A stretch of DNA of 32,000 nucleotides from NCBI GenBank assembly GCA_963704705.1, contig OY969931.1:540001-572000 (forward strand), in the 5' to 3' direction. The notes below the pieces were generated by a model that worked only from the letters and a program-made list of their open reading frames with translations, was not told the origin of the DNA and ran no database searches. The stretch comes from an uncultured bacterium. GTDB lineage: Bacteria; Patescibacteriota; Gracilibacteria; UBA1369; PNNO01. This document shows positions 14,292 to 22,293 of the stretch, piece after piece. Every line of letters starts with the position of its first letter. Positions within the stretch are counted from its first letter, which is position 1. Position numbers and translations under genes: made by a program.

Positions 14292-14588
14292 ATGAAATCA
14301 TTTCATACAAGACGTGCTTCAGGTGGAGAGGTTTTTATCGTTGCGGTTGTTATTGCAGGCTTTTTTTGGCTGATGTCGCAGGGGATAATGCAAATTCAGG
14401 ACATCTGGTCTTATGTAGGATTCCTTTTAATTATAGTTGTCTTCTATTTCGCACTTTTGCTATGTCGTATGATATTTTTCCATATGGTTGGAGGCAATGC
14501 ATACCCGTGGTGGGAACATGTACAGCATCATGAGGAATATTTAAAGGGAGAACATAAGAAAACTTCAAAGGGAAATAGACATAACTAG
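14292..14588 (+). CDS. Small membrane protein (2 TM) with a His-rich C-terminal tail
   Basis: 98-aa ORF. Hydrophobic helices VFIVAVVIAGFFWLM and VGFLLIIVVFYFALLLCRMIFF, with tail WWEHVQHHEEYLKGEHKK. No homology recognised. Confidence 0.6.
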   Translation: MKSFHTRRASGGEVFIVAVVIAGFFWLMSQGIMQIQDIWSYVGFLLIIVVFYFALLLCRMIFFHMVGGNAYPWWEHVQHHEEYLKGEHKKTSKGNRHN

Positions 14589-14600
14589 CCAGCCAATTTA
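14589..14600 (+). repeat. Copy C of the direct repeat CCAGCCAATTTA
   Basis: An exact 12-mer match to the tRNA-Gln 3' end region. It sits exactly between the TAG of the 98-aa gene (14586-14588) and the stop of convergent typA (14598-14600). Confidence 0.6.
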
Positions 14601-16391
14601 TCTCGCTTTCTTCCTGTCGTTTAAATTCAGGATTTTTTTGCGTAACCTGACTCGTGTAGGTGTTATTTCAGCGTATTCGTCTTCTTTAATATATTCAATT
14701 GCACTTTCAAGTGTCATTGGAACAATAGGAGTTAAAGTCAAAGCTTCATCTGCACTTGAAGACCGCACATTACTTAATTTTTTATTTTTAATCGGATTAA
14801 CAACAAGATCGGTTCCCTGATTGTGTTCGCCGATAATCATTCCTTCGTAAACTTCAGTGCCCGGACCAATAAAAAGCGGGCCTCTCTCCTGTAATTTCCA
14901 TAATGAATAAGCCATTGTTGAACCATTTTCTCCCGATATCAACGAGCCAACAGTACGTTTTTCGATTTTACCGACATGCGGCGCAAAATGATCAAACGAA
15001 TGATAAAGCGTGCCTTCGCCTCGCGTAATAAGCAAGAATGCTGAACGAAATCCAAGCAGACCTCTTGTCGGAACTTCAAATTCCAGCATTGTGTTGCCGT
15101 TTTCTGCCTTCATGTTTTTCATGATTCCTTTTCTGCGGCCCAAAGCTTCAATAACCTGGCCGGCCATTGAGTCAGGCACATTAATAACCGCGTTTTCAAT
15201 CGGTTCATTTTTTACTCCGTCAATCTCACGCATTATTACCTCGGGCTGAGAAATTTGTAATTCAAAACTTTCACGCCTCATGGTTTCGATTAGCACGGCA
15301 ATATGCATTTCACCGCGACCGAAAACCTTAAGTGCATCGCTTCCTTCAATTGGTTTGAGTTGCAAACCAACGTTTGTTTCAAGTTCTTTTTCAAGACGGT
15401 CTCTTAAGTGACGGCCTGTTACGTATTTGCCTTCACGTCCGGCAAAAGGGGAGTCATTAACCATAAATTCAATTGCAAGTGCGGGAGGATCAACTTTAAT
15501 AGCAGGCAATACTTCGGCATTTTCGTCAGTTGTAATTGTTTCGCCAACATAAATTTCCGGTAATCCGGCCAAAGCAATTATATCTCCGGCCTGAGCCTGT
15601 TTGATTTCATATTTTTCCATTCCTTCAAATGCGAAAATTTTACTTATTTTACCATGATATTTTTTGCCATTTGATTTGATTACTGTAACGGATTGCAGGG
15701 GTTTTACAGTGCCTTCATATACTCTTCCAATTGCTATTCTTCCCAAAAAATTATCGTACTGTAAAGTTGCGGGCTGCATTCTAAAAGGCGCATCAGCATT
15801 ATTTTGAGCGGGTTTTACATTTTCAAAAATAAAATCAATCAAAGGTAAAATATTCTTTTGCTCATCAGTTAATTGTCTTATTGCCACACCCTTTTTTGCG
15901 TCCGCATAAATATAAGGAAAATCCAGTTGTTCTTCGGTTGCACCAAGACTCGCGAAAAGATCAAAAGTTAAATTTACAACTTCATCCGGTCTTGCCATTG
16001 GCTTATCTATTTTATTAATAACAACAAGCACTTTAAGGCCAAGTTCCAAAGATTTTCTTAACACAAATTTAGTTTGCGGCATTGGGCCTTCGTAAGCGTC
16101 AACAACAAGAATAACCGCATCAACTGTTCTTAGTACGCGTTCAACTTCAGATCCGAAATCAGCATGACCCGGAGTATCAACAATATTAATTTTCTTTCCA
16201 TGATATGTAATTGCCGCATTTTTGGCATAAATTGTGATTCCTCGCTCTTTTTCCTGATCATTGCTGTCCATTGCGCGTTCAGCAAGACCTTTATGCACGT
16301 CAAAATTATCACTGGATTTTAAAAGCGAATCAACTAAAGTTGTTTTTCCGTGATCCACATGCGCTACAATCGCTATATTATATATGTCCAT
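14598..16391 (-). CDS. typA: Translational GTPase TypA/BipA
   Basis: 597 aa. G1 AHVDHGKTTL, G3 DTPGHADF, G4 NKID. The EF-G-like domain order and length are typical of BipA. Confidence 0.95.
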   Translation of the reverse strand: MDIYNIAIVAHVDHGKTTLVDSLLKSSDNFDVHKGLAERAMDSNDQEKERGITIYAKNAAITYHGKKINIVDTPGHADFGSEVERVLRTVDAVILVVDAYEGPMPQTKFVLRKSLELGLKVLVVINKIDKPMARPDEVVNLTFDLFASLGATEEQLDFPYIYADAKKGVAIRQLTDEQKNILPLIDFIFENVKPAQNNADAPFRMQPATLQYDNFLGRIAIGRVYEGTVKPLQSVTVIKSNGKKYHGKISKIFAFEGMEKYEIKQAQAGDIIALAGLPEIYVGETITTDENAEVLPAIKVDPPALAIEFMVNDSPFAGREGKYVTGRHLRDRLEKELETNVGLQLKPIEGSDALKVFGRGEMHIAVLIETMRRESFELQISQPEVIMREIDGVKNEPIENAVINVPDSMAGQVIEALGRRKGIMKNMKAENGNTMLEFEVPTRGLLGFRSAFLLITRGEGTLYHSFDHFAPHVGKIEKRTVGSLISGENGSTMAYSLWKLQERGPLFIGPGTEVYEGMIIGEHNQGTDLVVNPIKNKKLSNVRSSSADEALTLTPIVPMTLESAIEYIKEDEYAEITPTRVRLRKKILNLNDRKKAR

Positions 16392-16418
16392 TTTAGTTCT
16401 TAAATCAATAACCAGCTG

Positions 16419-16447
16419 ATTCTAACAGTTAATTACATTAACTGCAA
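16419..16447 (-). promoter_or_regulatory. Candidate typA promoter: TTGCAG - 17 nt - TGtTAGAAT
   Basis: On the minus strand, TTGCAG is at 16447-16442 and TAGAAT at 16424-16419, preceded by TG. The typA ATG lies about 28 nt downstream. Its -35 overlaps the -35 of the divergent permease promoter. Confidence 0.5.
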
Positions 16448-16466
16448 AGCGGAATTTTGATATAAT
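16438..16466 (+). promoter_or_regulatory. Permease promoter: TTAACT - 17 nt - TGaTATAAT. The -10 ends 6 nt before the ATG, predicting a leaderless mRNA
   Basis: TTAACT at 16438-16443, TG at 16458-16459, TATAAT at 16461-16466, ATG at 16473. Confidence 0.55.
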
Positions 16467-16472
16467 ATTATT

Positions 16473-17768
16473 ATGACAAAACCCACACTAAAACGCGAAC
16501 TCGGATTATTCCAGGCCACTACAATAGGCGTGGGGCTTATTTTAGGCGCTGGAATTTACGTTTTAATTGGTGAAGCAAGCGCTACTTCAGGCAATGCTGT
16601 ATGGCTGGCTTTTCTAATTTCAGCAGTTGTTTCTTTATTAACCGGTCTTTCTTATGCTGAGCTTTCATCTATGTATCCGAAAGATGCAGCTGAATATACT
16701 TACACCGATAAAGCTTTTGGCAGGGGACTTGCTTTTTTTATAGGTTATTTTGTTTTACTTTCAGCAGTTATTTCAGCAGCGGTTGTGGCAATTGGTTTTG
16801 CTGGTTATTTTAATTCTTTACTTAATTTAAACAATATAATTCTTACATCAATTGTAATAATCATACTTTTTTCAATTTTAAATTATCGCAGCATTAAAGA
16901 ATCCGCTTGGGCGAATGTTATTTTTACAGCGCTAGAAACGTTTGGTCTGCTTGTAATTATCTTTTTGGGAATATTTCATATTGGTTCGGTTGATTATTTT
17001 GAGATGCCGATCGGAATGGCTGGTGTTTTTAAGTCTGCTGCATTGGTATTTTTTGCTTTTTTGGGATTTGAGAGTGTTGTTAAGCTTTCTGAAGAATGCA
17101 GAAATCCGCGTAAAACAATACCGCTCGCGCTTCTTCTTTCAATTGGAATAACCACTGTATTATATATTTTGGTTGCCATAGCTGCTGTTAGCATTTTAGA
17201 TTGGCAGACATTGGCTGCTTCAAAGGCTCCACTTGCTGATGTTGCAGCTACTGTACTCGGAAATAACGCTTTTATCGCAATATCAATAATCGCGCTTTTT
17301 TCAACCGGCAACACTGTTTTAATAAGCCTAATAGCAGGCTCGCGCACACTTTACGGAATAGGGGAGGAGTACAAACTTTTAAAGCCTTTTCACAAAGTTC
17401 ACAAAACAAGGCACACACCTCATGTTGCAATTTGGACTGTAATGATTTTTTCTATAATTTTCACTTTTATTAATGATATCGGTTTAATAGCTGAGCTTAC
17501 AAACTTCACTTTATTTGTTACTTTCGCAGTAATTAATCTCGCTGTAATCGCTTTAAGGTACAAATATCCAAACGAACCCCGAAAATTCAAAGTGCCTTTA
17601 AATATAGGTAAAGTGCCTATACTCGCTTTTGCCGGGTTTTTATCGTGCCTTTTCTTTATTTCACAATTAAATAAAGAAATAATTATTGGCGGACTCGGGC
17701 TTGTTGCGCTTGGAGCGATATTTTATTTACTTGTTATCCGTTTCGAGTACCGAAATAAAGAGCAGTAA
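16473..17768 (+). CDS. APC-superfamily amino acid permease (about 12 TM)
   Basis: 431 aa. The N-terminus LKRELGLFQATTIGVGLILGAGIYVLIGEA and the overall hydrophobic pattern are typical of amino acid/polyamine/organocation transporters. Confidence 0.88.
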   Translation: MTKPTLKRELGLFQATTIGVGLILGAGIYVLIGEASATSGNAVWLAFLISAVVSLLTGLSYAELSSMYPKDAAEYTYTDKAFGRGLAFFIGYFVLLSAVISAAVVAIGFAGYFNSLLNLNNIILTSIVIIILFSILNYRSIKESAWANVIFTALETFGLLVIIFLGIFHIGSVDYFEMPIGMAGVFKSAALVFFAFLGFESVVKLSEECRNPRKTIPLALLLSIGITTVLYILVAIAAVSILDWQTLAASKAPLADVAATVLGNNAFIAISIIALFSTGNTVLISLIAGSRTLYGIGEEYKLLKPFHKVHKTRHTPHVAIWTVMIFSIIFTFINDIGLIAELTNFTLFVTFAVINLAVIALRYKYPNEPRKFKVPLNIGKVPILAFAGFLSCLFFISQLNKEIIIGGLGLVALGAIFYLLVIRFEYRNKEQ

Positions 17769-20007
17769 AGTTGTTGAAAGTAGGTATAATTCCATCTTCC
17801 CAAATTATATCAATTGCTTCTTCTAATTTATCGCAATATTCATTTGCCTGTTTGTTTGCTTTGCCTTTCCCGCTTATTGCTCTGCCCAAAGCAATGAATG
17901 GCCTAGCTGCCCAGTTTCCTTTAATTCTTTTAATTTCTTTTTTAAGTCCTAAAACAGTTTTTTTCAAAATTTTATAATAATCCTTTAGCCTATTAGCTTC
18001 GTAAGGCTGCCCCTTTAATTCTGTCTGCATGTCTCTGTGAATTTGTAATTGCTGAATATTTTCATTTAAAATTGCTTTTAATCGATTTTCGATGTTAACA
18101 AAATATTGATAATCACCTTTATCTCTTAAAAGTTCAACAAGCTCAGGGTAACCATCAGCATTGGGTATTTTATCAATTACAATATCAATGAATGCCTGGT
18201 CCGGTATAAATAAATCCGCATCAAAACCAGATCTAATTATGAGTCTGTTAAGTATTTCTCTTATTAAATCCTCAAAATCTTTAAAAATATGTGCATTAAT
18301 TAATTGTTCTTTTTCGAATTTTGCTCTGCTTGCAGACAATTTTTCAAGAAGTATCAGCATGAATTCTTTTTTTAATTCAGCTGTTTCAAGCGCCGGCAAA
18401 ATTTCAGCTTCAAGTTTTTGCTTTAATTCTTCAACTGCCATTGGTGAATAAAAGTTTCGTATTTCACCCATTAGACAACTGGCTTTGATTCGTAACTCAG
18501 CTCTACTACTTACTTTTAATTCTGAATAATCGGTTTTTGGTTCTGCTCCAATATTTTCTAATGGTTCACTGCCCGGCTTAGTTTGATAAAAAGCCGCAGC
18601 TTCTTCTGTTAATGCTTCCATGCCAGCTGTGCTGTTTATATCAACTTGTAAATTTTCCCATAAAATTCGAGGCTCTTTCTGAGAAGCTTCACGAACCTTA
18701 TCAGCGGTTAATACTGCAAGTTGCGCTGCTTCTCGAGCTTGTGTCTCTGTTGCTTTTGCAGCGATTTTTTCTCCTTCAGGACCTCTAACCACTTCAAGCA
18801 TAGCTTGATCTATTTCATTTGTAAGTCTTGGCATAAATGCCAATGTCTTACCCAATTCTTTATTATTGACTGCTGGATCATCAAAAGCATCTGCCTGAAT
18901 GGTTTCATCAAGTGCAACGTCCTGTTGCTTTGGCAATGAAAATGCATCTATTCGCCAAAGAGTACCGCTTTTCTGCGAACCTATTAATGCTTCTATTTCT
19001 TCCCATAATACTTCCCATTTTGCAAGAACCAATTCAATTGGAGCAACTTTAAAGTCATCGGTTAAATAGCTGTTAGCTATAAGTATAGGTTCAAGCATCA
19101 TATCAGCCGGAACCTGATTTATTTGATTACCAGCAGTTTGATTTTGTTCTGCCAGATCTTTGCAATATTGTTTTAATGGACCTAAATAACTATCGATTAC
19201 TTCTTTCAAAAAAGGAATAAATTTTGTACTTTTTTCATTGCCTTTGAAAGTTAATTTATTTAAAATTTCTTCAATTTTTTTTCTTATAACAATATCAAAA
19301 AAATAATCAATTTGAGGTCTCCATGTTGCTGAATAGTAGATCATATCAGCATCATTTTGCAGGTAAACATAGATTTTTCTTAATACTTTTAGATCATTGC
19401 TTGTAATACCCGGGTGATTTGATACCCCTGGTACTGGTTTTTCAATTAACCTTTGTCCATGTGCTGATCTTTTTGTTAATTCTCTGAGAAAATTTTGAAA
19501 TGTTTGACTCAACTGTATTCTTTTTTTACTTCTCCTTTTTTCAGCAGCTAATGCCGGATCCGGCTCTGTGGTGTAAAAAATCTCATCACCTTTAAAATTA
19601 TCTTTTGCAATTTCCAGTTCTCCTTTTAAAATAGCATGTACAAGCCTCCAATTGATTGTAATTCCGATAGTGTTTTCATTGAATAAACCTTCCAAATTGG
19701 TTGTTAATTCAATATTGCCATCCGGGTCATTGTCTTGTTCATTTATTTCTTCCTGAAATGCATACAAAAGCCTCCAGACATTCTCGATTACTTCAGGGTG
19801 ATCAATGATATAACGGAAAAAATACATATACCCTCCTCTTACCATCAAATCTCTTTCTTCATCTGTTTTTGCATTATCAACACTATATTTGCGAACTCTT
19901 TGTTTAAGTTCAGCATAACTTAATTGTTGTTCATTACATTCAAGTACAAAATCTTTTAGTCCTGATACAAACTCTTCATTTGATTGATTATTTTCAGGTG
20001 AGCGCAT
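17734..20007 (-). CDS. Large acidic, predicted all-helical hypothetical protein (757 aa); its C-terminal ~80 aa are paralogous to the upstream 371-aa protein
   Basis: Uninterrupted 757-aa ORF with no TM segment, signal peptide, P-loop or other catalytic motif recognised. The C-terminus is LKDYYKIL...EYCDKLEEAIDIIWEDGIIPTFNNFTALYFGTRNG. Confidence 0.8.
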   Translation of the reverse strand: MRSPENNQSNEEFVSGLKDFVLECNEQQLSYAELKQRVRKYSVDNAKTDEERDLMVRGGYMYFFRYIIDHPEVIENVWRLLYAFQEEINEQDNDPDGNIELTTNLEGLFNENTIGITINWRLVHAILKGELEIAKDNFKGDEIFYTTEPDPALAAEKRRSKKRIQLSQTFQNFLRELTKRSAHGQRLIEKPVPGVSNHPGITSNDLKVLRKIYVYLQNDADMIYYSATWRPQIDYFFDIVIRKKIEEILNKLTFKGNEKSTKFIPFLKEVIDSYLGPLKQYCKDLAEQNQTAGNQINQVPADMMLEPILIANSYLTDDFKVAPIELVLAKWEVLWEEIEALIGSQKSGTLWRIDAFSLPKQQDVALDETIQADAFDDPAVNNKELGKTLAFMPRLTNEIDQAMLEVVRGPEGEKIAAKATETQAREAAQLAVLTADKVREASQKEPRILWENLQVDINSTAGMEALTEEAAAFYQTKPGSEPLENIGAEPKTDYSELKVSSRAELRIKASCLMGEIRNFYSPMAVEELKQKLEAEILPALETAELKKEFMLILLEKLSASRAKFEKEQLINAHIFKDFEDLIREILNRLIIRSGFDADLFIPDQAFIDIVIDKIPNADGYPELVELLRDKGDYQYFVNIENRLKAILNENIQQLQIHRDMQTELKGQPYEANRLKDYYKILKKTVLGLKKEIKRIKGNWAARPFIALGRAISGKGKANKQANEYCDKLEEAIDIIWEDGIIPTFNNFTALYFGTRNG

Positions 20008-20068
20008 TTTACAAAATTAGGGTTTAACTGGAATATTAGAACCCTTTATAACAGATTTCTTTACAAAT

Positions 20069-21184
20069 TTAAATACCATTTACGTTTTCACCATAAAAAA
20101 TCTTGGCATATAGAATAAAAGCCGGCATAACGGCATTTTCCCAGGCATTTATTAAGTGAATTTCAAGTAATTTTAAATATTCAGCTATATTTTCATTTTT
20201 TAATTTTGCTTTATCTGCAATTTTTTGGATTTTAGCAGCATTTAAGTATATTTCATGAAGTTTTTCTTTGAATTTACTGCAATATTCAAAAAACTCTTTT
20301 AAGTTTAGATCCTGAACTTCCAATAGAGCTTTAAATGTAGTGATTTTACTTATTAACTCAATCAATTCTTCTCTAGCATCAGCAATAATATTCAAAGCGT
20401 CCTGATTGTCGGTATCTAATCTAGGAAATTCATAGCACCAATGACAACTATCATCTCCATTTATGGATGGCATGCCTATTTTTAATTCTTCATTAGGAGA
20501 CTGAATTGAAACTTTTTTTGCATTTTCACTAATGTCATCAGTCATATTTAAACTTGTAGCAACAGTATAAACCGAAGTCGTAAGTGGGTCGTGAATTTTT
20601 GATAATTGATTAGCCGGAACTTTTTTACTTTCAACAATACGTCTATAAAATTTTGCGCATTCAATAGCAAAAACGCGTTTTGTTCTTTGTGTTACAGCAT
20701 ATAATCTTCTTATCCTTATATTAAAAAATGCATATAAATCAACTTGTACTTCCTTTTCATTAAGATCCAATTCTTGTCTTTCAAATCTATCTGCAAGATT
20801 CATCATCTTATTCTTCATAGAATCAATAAGATGATTTTCTGCAAAAATTTTCATTTCTTTTGGACATTCATTTTGGAAGAAATCAATTAAAGCTGCTTCT
20901 TTTTTAATAATATCCATATTAGCTGCCAGAATAACATCAACTTTATTCAATATAACAGCATATGGCAAAGCCTCTTGTTCGCTAAATGTTAGTGAGGATA
21001 TATCCTCTTCAGATTTGTGCAATAAGTGTGCTCTATATTGTTCATCAATTTGAACAAGTAATAAATCTCCCTGAATCGCTTCAATTAAGTCACCGATTGC
21101 CTCAGCGTCGGTTTCTGTTGTTTCAAAAGGAAATTCATTGCCAGTTGTTTTTACTTCCTGAATTTCTGGTGATTGTGCCTGCAT
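20069..21184 (-). CDS. Acidic helical hypothetical protein (371 aa) sharing a C-terminal module with the 757-aa protein
   Basis: 371-aa ORF on the same strand, 61 nt upstream of the 757-aa gene. The C-terminus is LKEFFEYC...EYLKLLEIHLINAWENAVMPAFILYAKIFYGENVNGI. It has a single CHWC motif. No known domain recognised. Confidence 0.8.
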   Translation of the reverse strand: MQAQSPEIQEVKTTGNEFPFETTETDAEAIGDLIEAIQGDLLLVQIDEQYRAHLLHKSEEDISSLTFSEQEALPYAVILNKVDVILAANMDIIKKEAALIDFFQNECPKEMKIFAENHLIDSMKNKMMNLADRFERQELDLNEKEVQVDLYAFFNIRIRRLYAVTQRTKRVFAIECAKFYRRIVESKKVPANQLSKIHDPLTTSVYTVATSLNMTDDISENAKKVSIQSPNEELKIGMPSINGDDSCHWCYEFPRLDTDNQDALNIIADAREELIELISKITTFKALLEVQDLNLKEFFEYCSKFKEKLHEIYLNAAKIQKIADKAKLKNENIAEYLKLLEIHLINAWENAVMPAFILYAKIFYGENVNGI

Positions 21185-21233
21185 TTTAAATTGAGTAGAT
21201 AGTCATTATATATAACTACTTATTTTAAAATTA

Positions 21234-21866
21234 TTACAAGTATTTTTTTGAACTTGGACAAATATTGTTTAATTTACAGTCCGCGCATTTTGGAGTAGGA
21301 GCTTTACAAAGTGCTCTGCCGTGATCGACAAAATAATAAGATAGCATTCCCCAGTCTTTTTGTTTATAAAGCTTCATTAAATCACGTTCGATTTTTACAG
21401 GATCTTGATGTTTCGTCAGTCCAAGTCTGTTTGAGATTCTTATCACGTGCGTATCAACAATCACTCCTTCGTTTTTGCCATACCAAACAAACAAAATTAC
21501 ATTTGCAGATTTTCGTGCAATTCCTGGAATTTTAATCAAATCTTCCATATTATCCGGAACTTCACCATTGTATTTTTCTAAAATAGTTTGTGCAGCTCCT
21601 TTTATGTTTTTCGCCTTATTTCTAAAGAAACCAGTTGATCTAATTTTTTGTTCAAGTTCATCTAAAGAAACTTTAGCAAAGTCATCAATTGTAGGAAGTT
21701 CTTTAAAAAGTGGGGGAGTTACCAAATTAACTCTTTTATCAGTACATTGAGCAGATAAAATTGTTGCAACCAAAAGCTCCCAAGCACTTGTAAAATGCAA
21801 TGCACATTTTGCATTCGGATACATTTTGCTCAGTCTGTTGAAATATTCGTATGCGTATTTTTTCAT
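21234..21866 (-). CDS. nth: Endonuclease III (HhH-GPD DNA glycosylase with 4Fe-4S cluster)
   Basis: 210 aa. [16 protein letters not shown], the HhH motif [26 protein letters not shown], and the C-terminal cluster [17 protein letters not shown]. Confidence 0.93.
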   Translation of the reverse strand: MKKYAYEYFNRLSKMYPNAKCALHFTSAWELLVATILSAQCTDKRVNLVTPPLFKELPTIDDFAKVSLDELEQKIRSTGFFRNKAKNIKGAAQTILEKYNGEVPDNMEDLIKIPGIARKSANVILFVWYGKNEGVIVDTHVIRISNRLGLTKHQDPVKIERDLMKLYKQKDWGMLSYYFVDHGRALCKAPTPKCADCKLNNICPSSKKYL

Positions 21867-22279
21867 CTTTCTCCCATTACTTTAACAATTACACGTTTTT
21901 TTCGGCGACCATCAAATTCAGCATAAAAAATCCTTTCCCATTGGCCCAAATCTAATTTACCTTCGGTTATAGGAATTATTGCCTGATGACCAATCAGAAT
22001 TCGTTTTAAATGGGCATCAGCATTATCTTCACCCGTTTGATGATGTCTATAATTTTCACCATATGGAGCCAGTTTTTCAAGCCATTCATGGATATCTTCG
22101 ATTAAACCGTTTTCCAAATCATTAACATAAACTCCTGCAGTTATATGCATCGCCGAAATCAGACACATTCCTTCCTTAACTCCGCTTTCAGCAACAATAT
22201 CCGCAACTTCATCAGTAATGTGTACTGTGTCATAACGGTTTTTTGTATTGAACATTAAATATTCGGTGTGCACTTGCAT
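21863..22279 (-). CDS. yjbQ: YjbQ/UPF0047 family protein (secondary thiamine-phosphate synthase type)
   Basis: 138 aa. [15 protein letters not shown]...[11 protein letters not shown]...YRHH...[10 protein letters not shown]...[26 protein letters not shown]. An ATGA overlap links it to nth. Confidence 0.88.
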   Translation of the reverse strand: MQVHTEYLMFNTKNRYDTVHITDEVADIVAESGVKEGMCLISAMHITAGVYVNDLENGLIEDIHEWLEKLAPYGENYRHHQTGEDNADAHLKRILIGHQAIIPITEGKLDLGQWERIFYAEFDGRRKKRVIVKVMGER

Positions 22280-22293
22280 GCAACAATTTTAAC

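Noticed and set aside
12657-14600. Compositional (GC) deviation as extra support for the tRNA-Gln-adjacent islets.
   Set aside because: A hand count of one 100-nt sample gave about 46% GC in the islet (13301-13400). A similar count (about 47%) was obtained inside core typA (15001-15100), against about 28% in the orphan gene at 20101-20200. GC tracks gene conservation or expression here, so it does not discriminate insertions.
21185-21233. Promoter in the 49-nt gap between nth and the 371-aa orphan gene (minus-strand TATATAAT).
   Set aside because: The only TTG-containing -35 candidate (TTGTAA) is 23 nt away. Alternative -10 hexamers (TTATAT, TATATA) are indistinguishable from AT-rich background. 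It was therefore left unannotated, and whether the orphan pair is transcribed independently of nth remains open.
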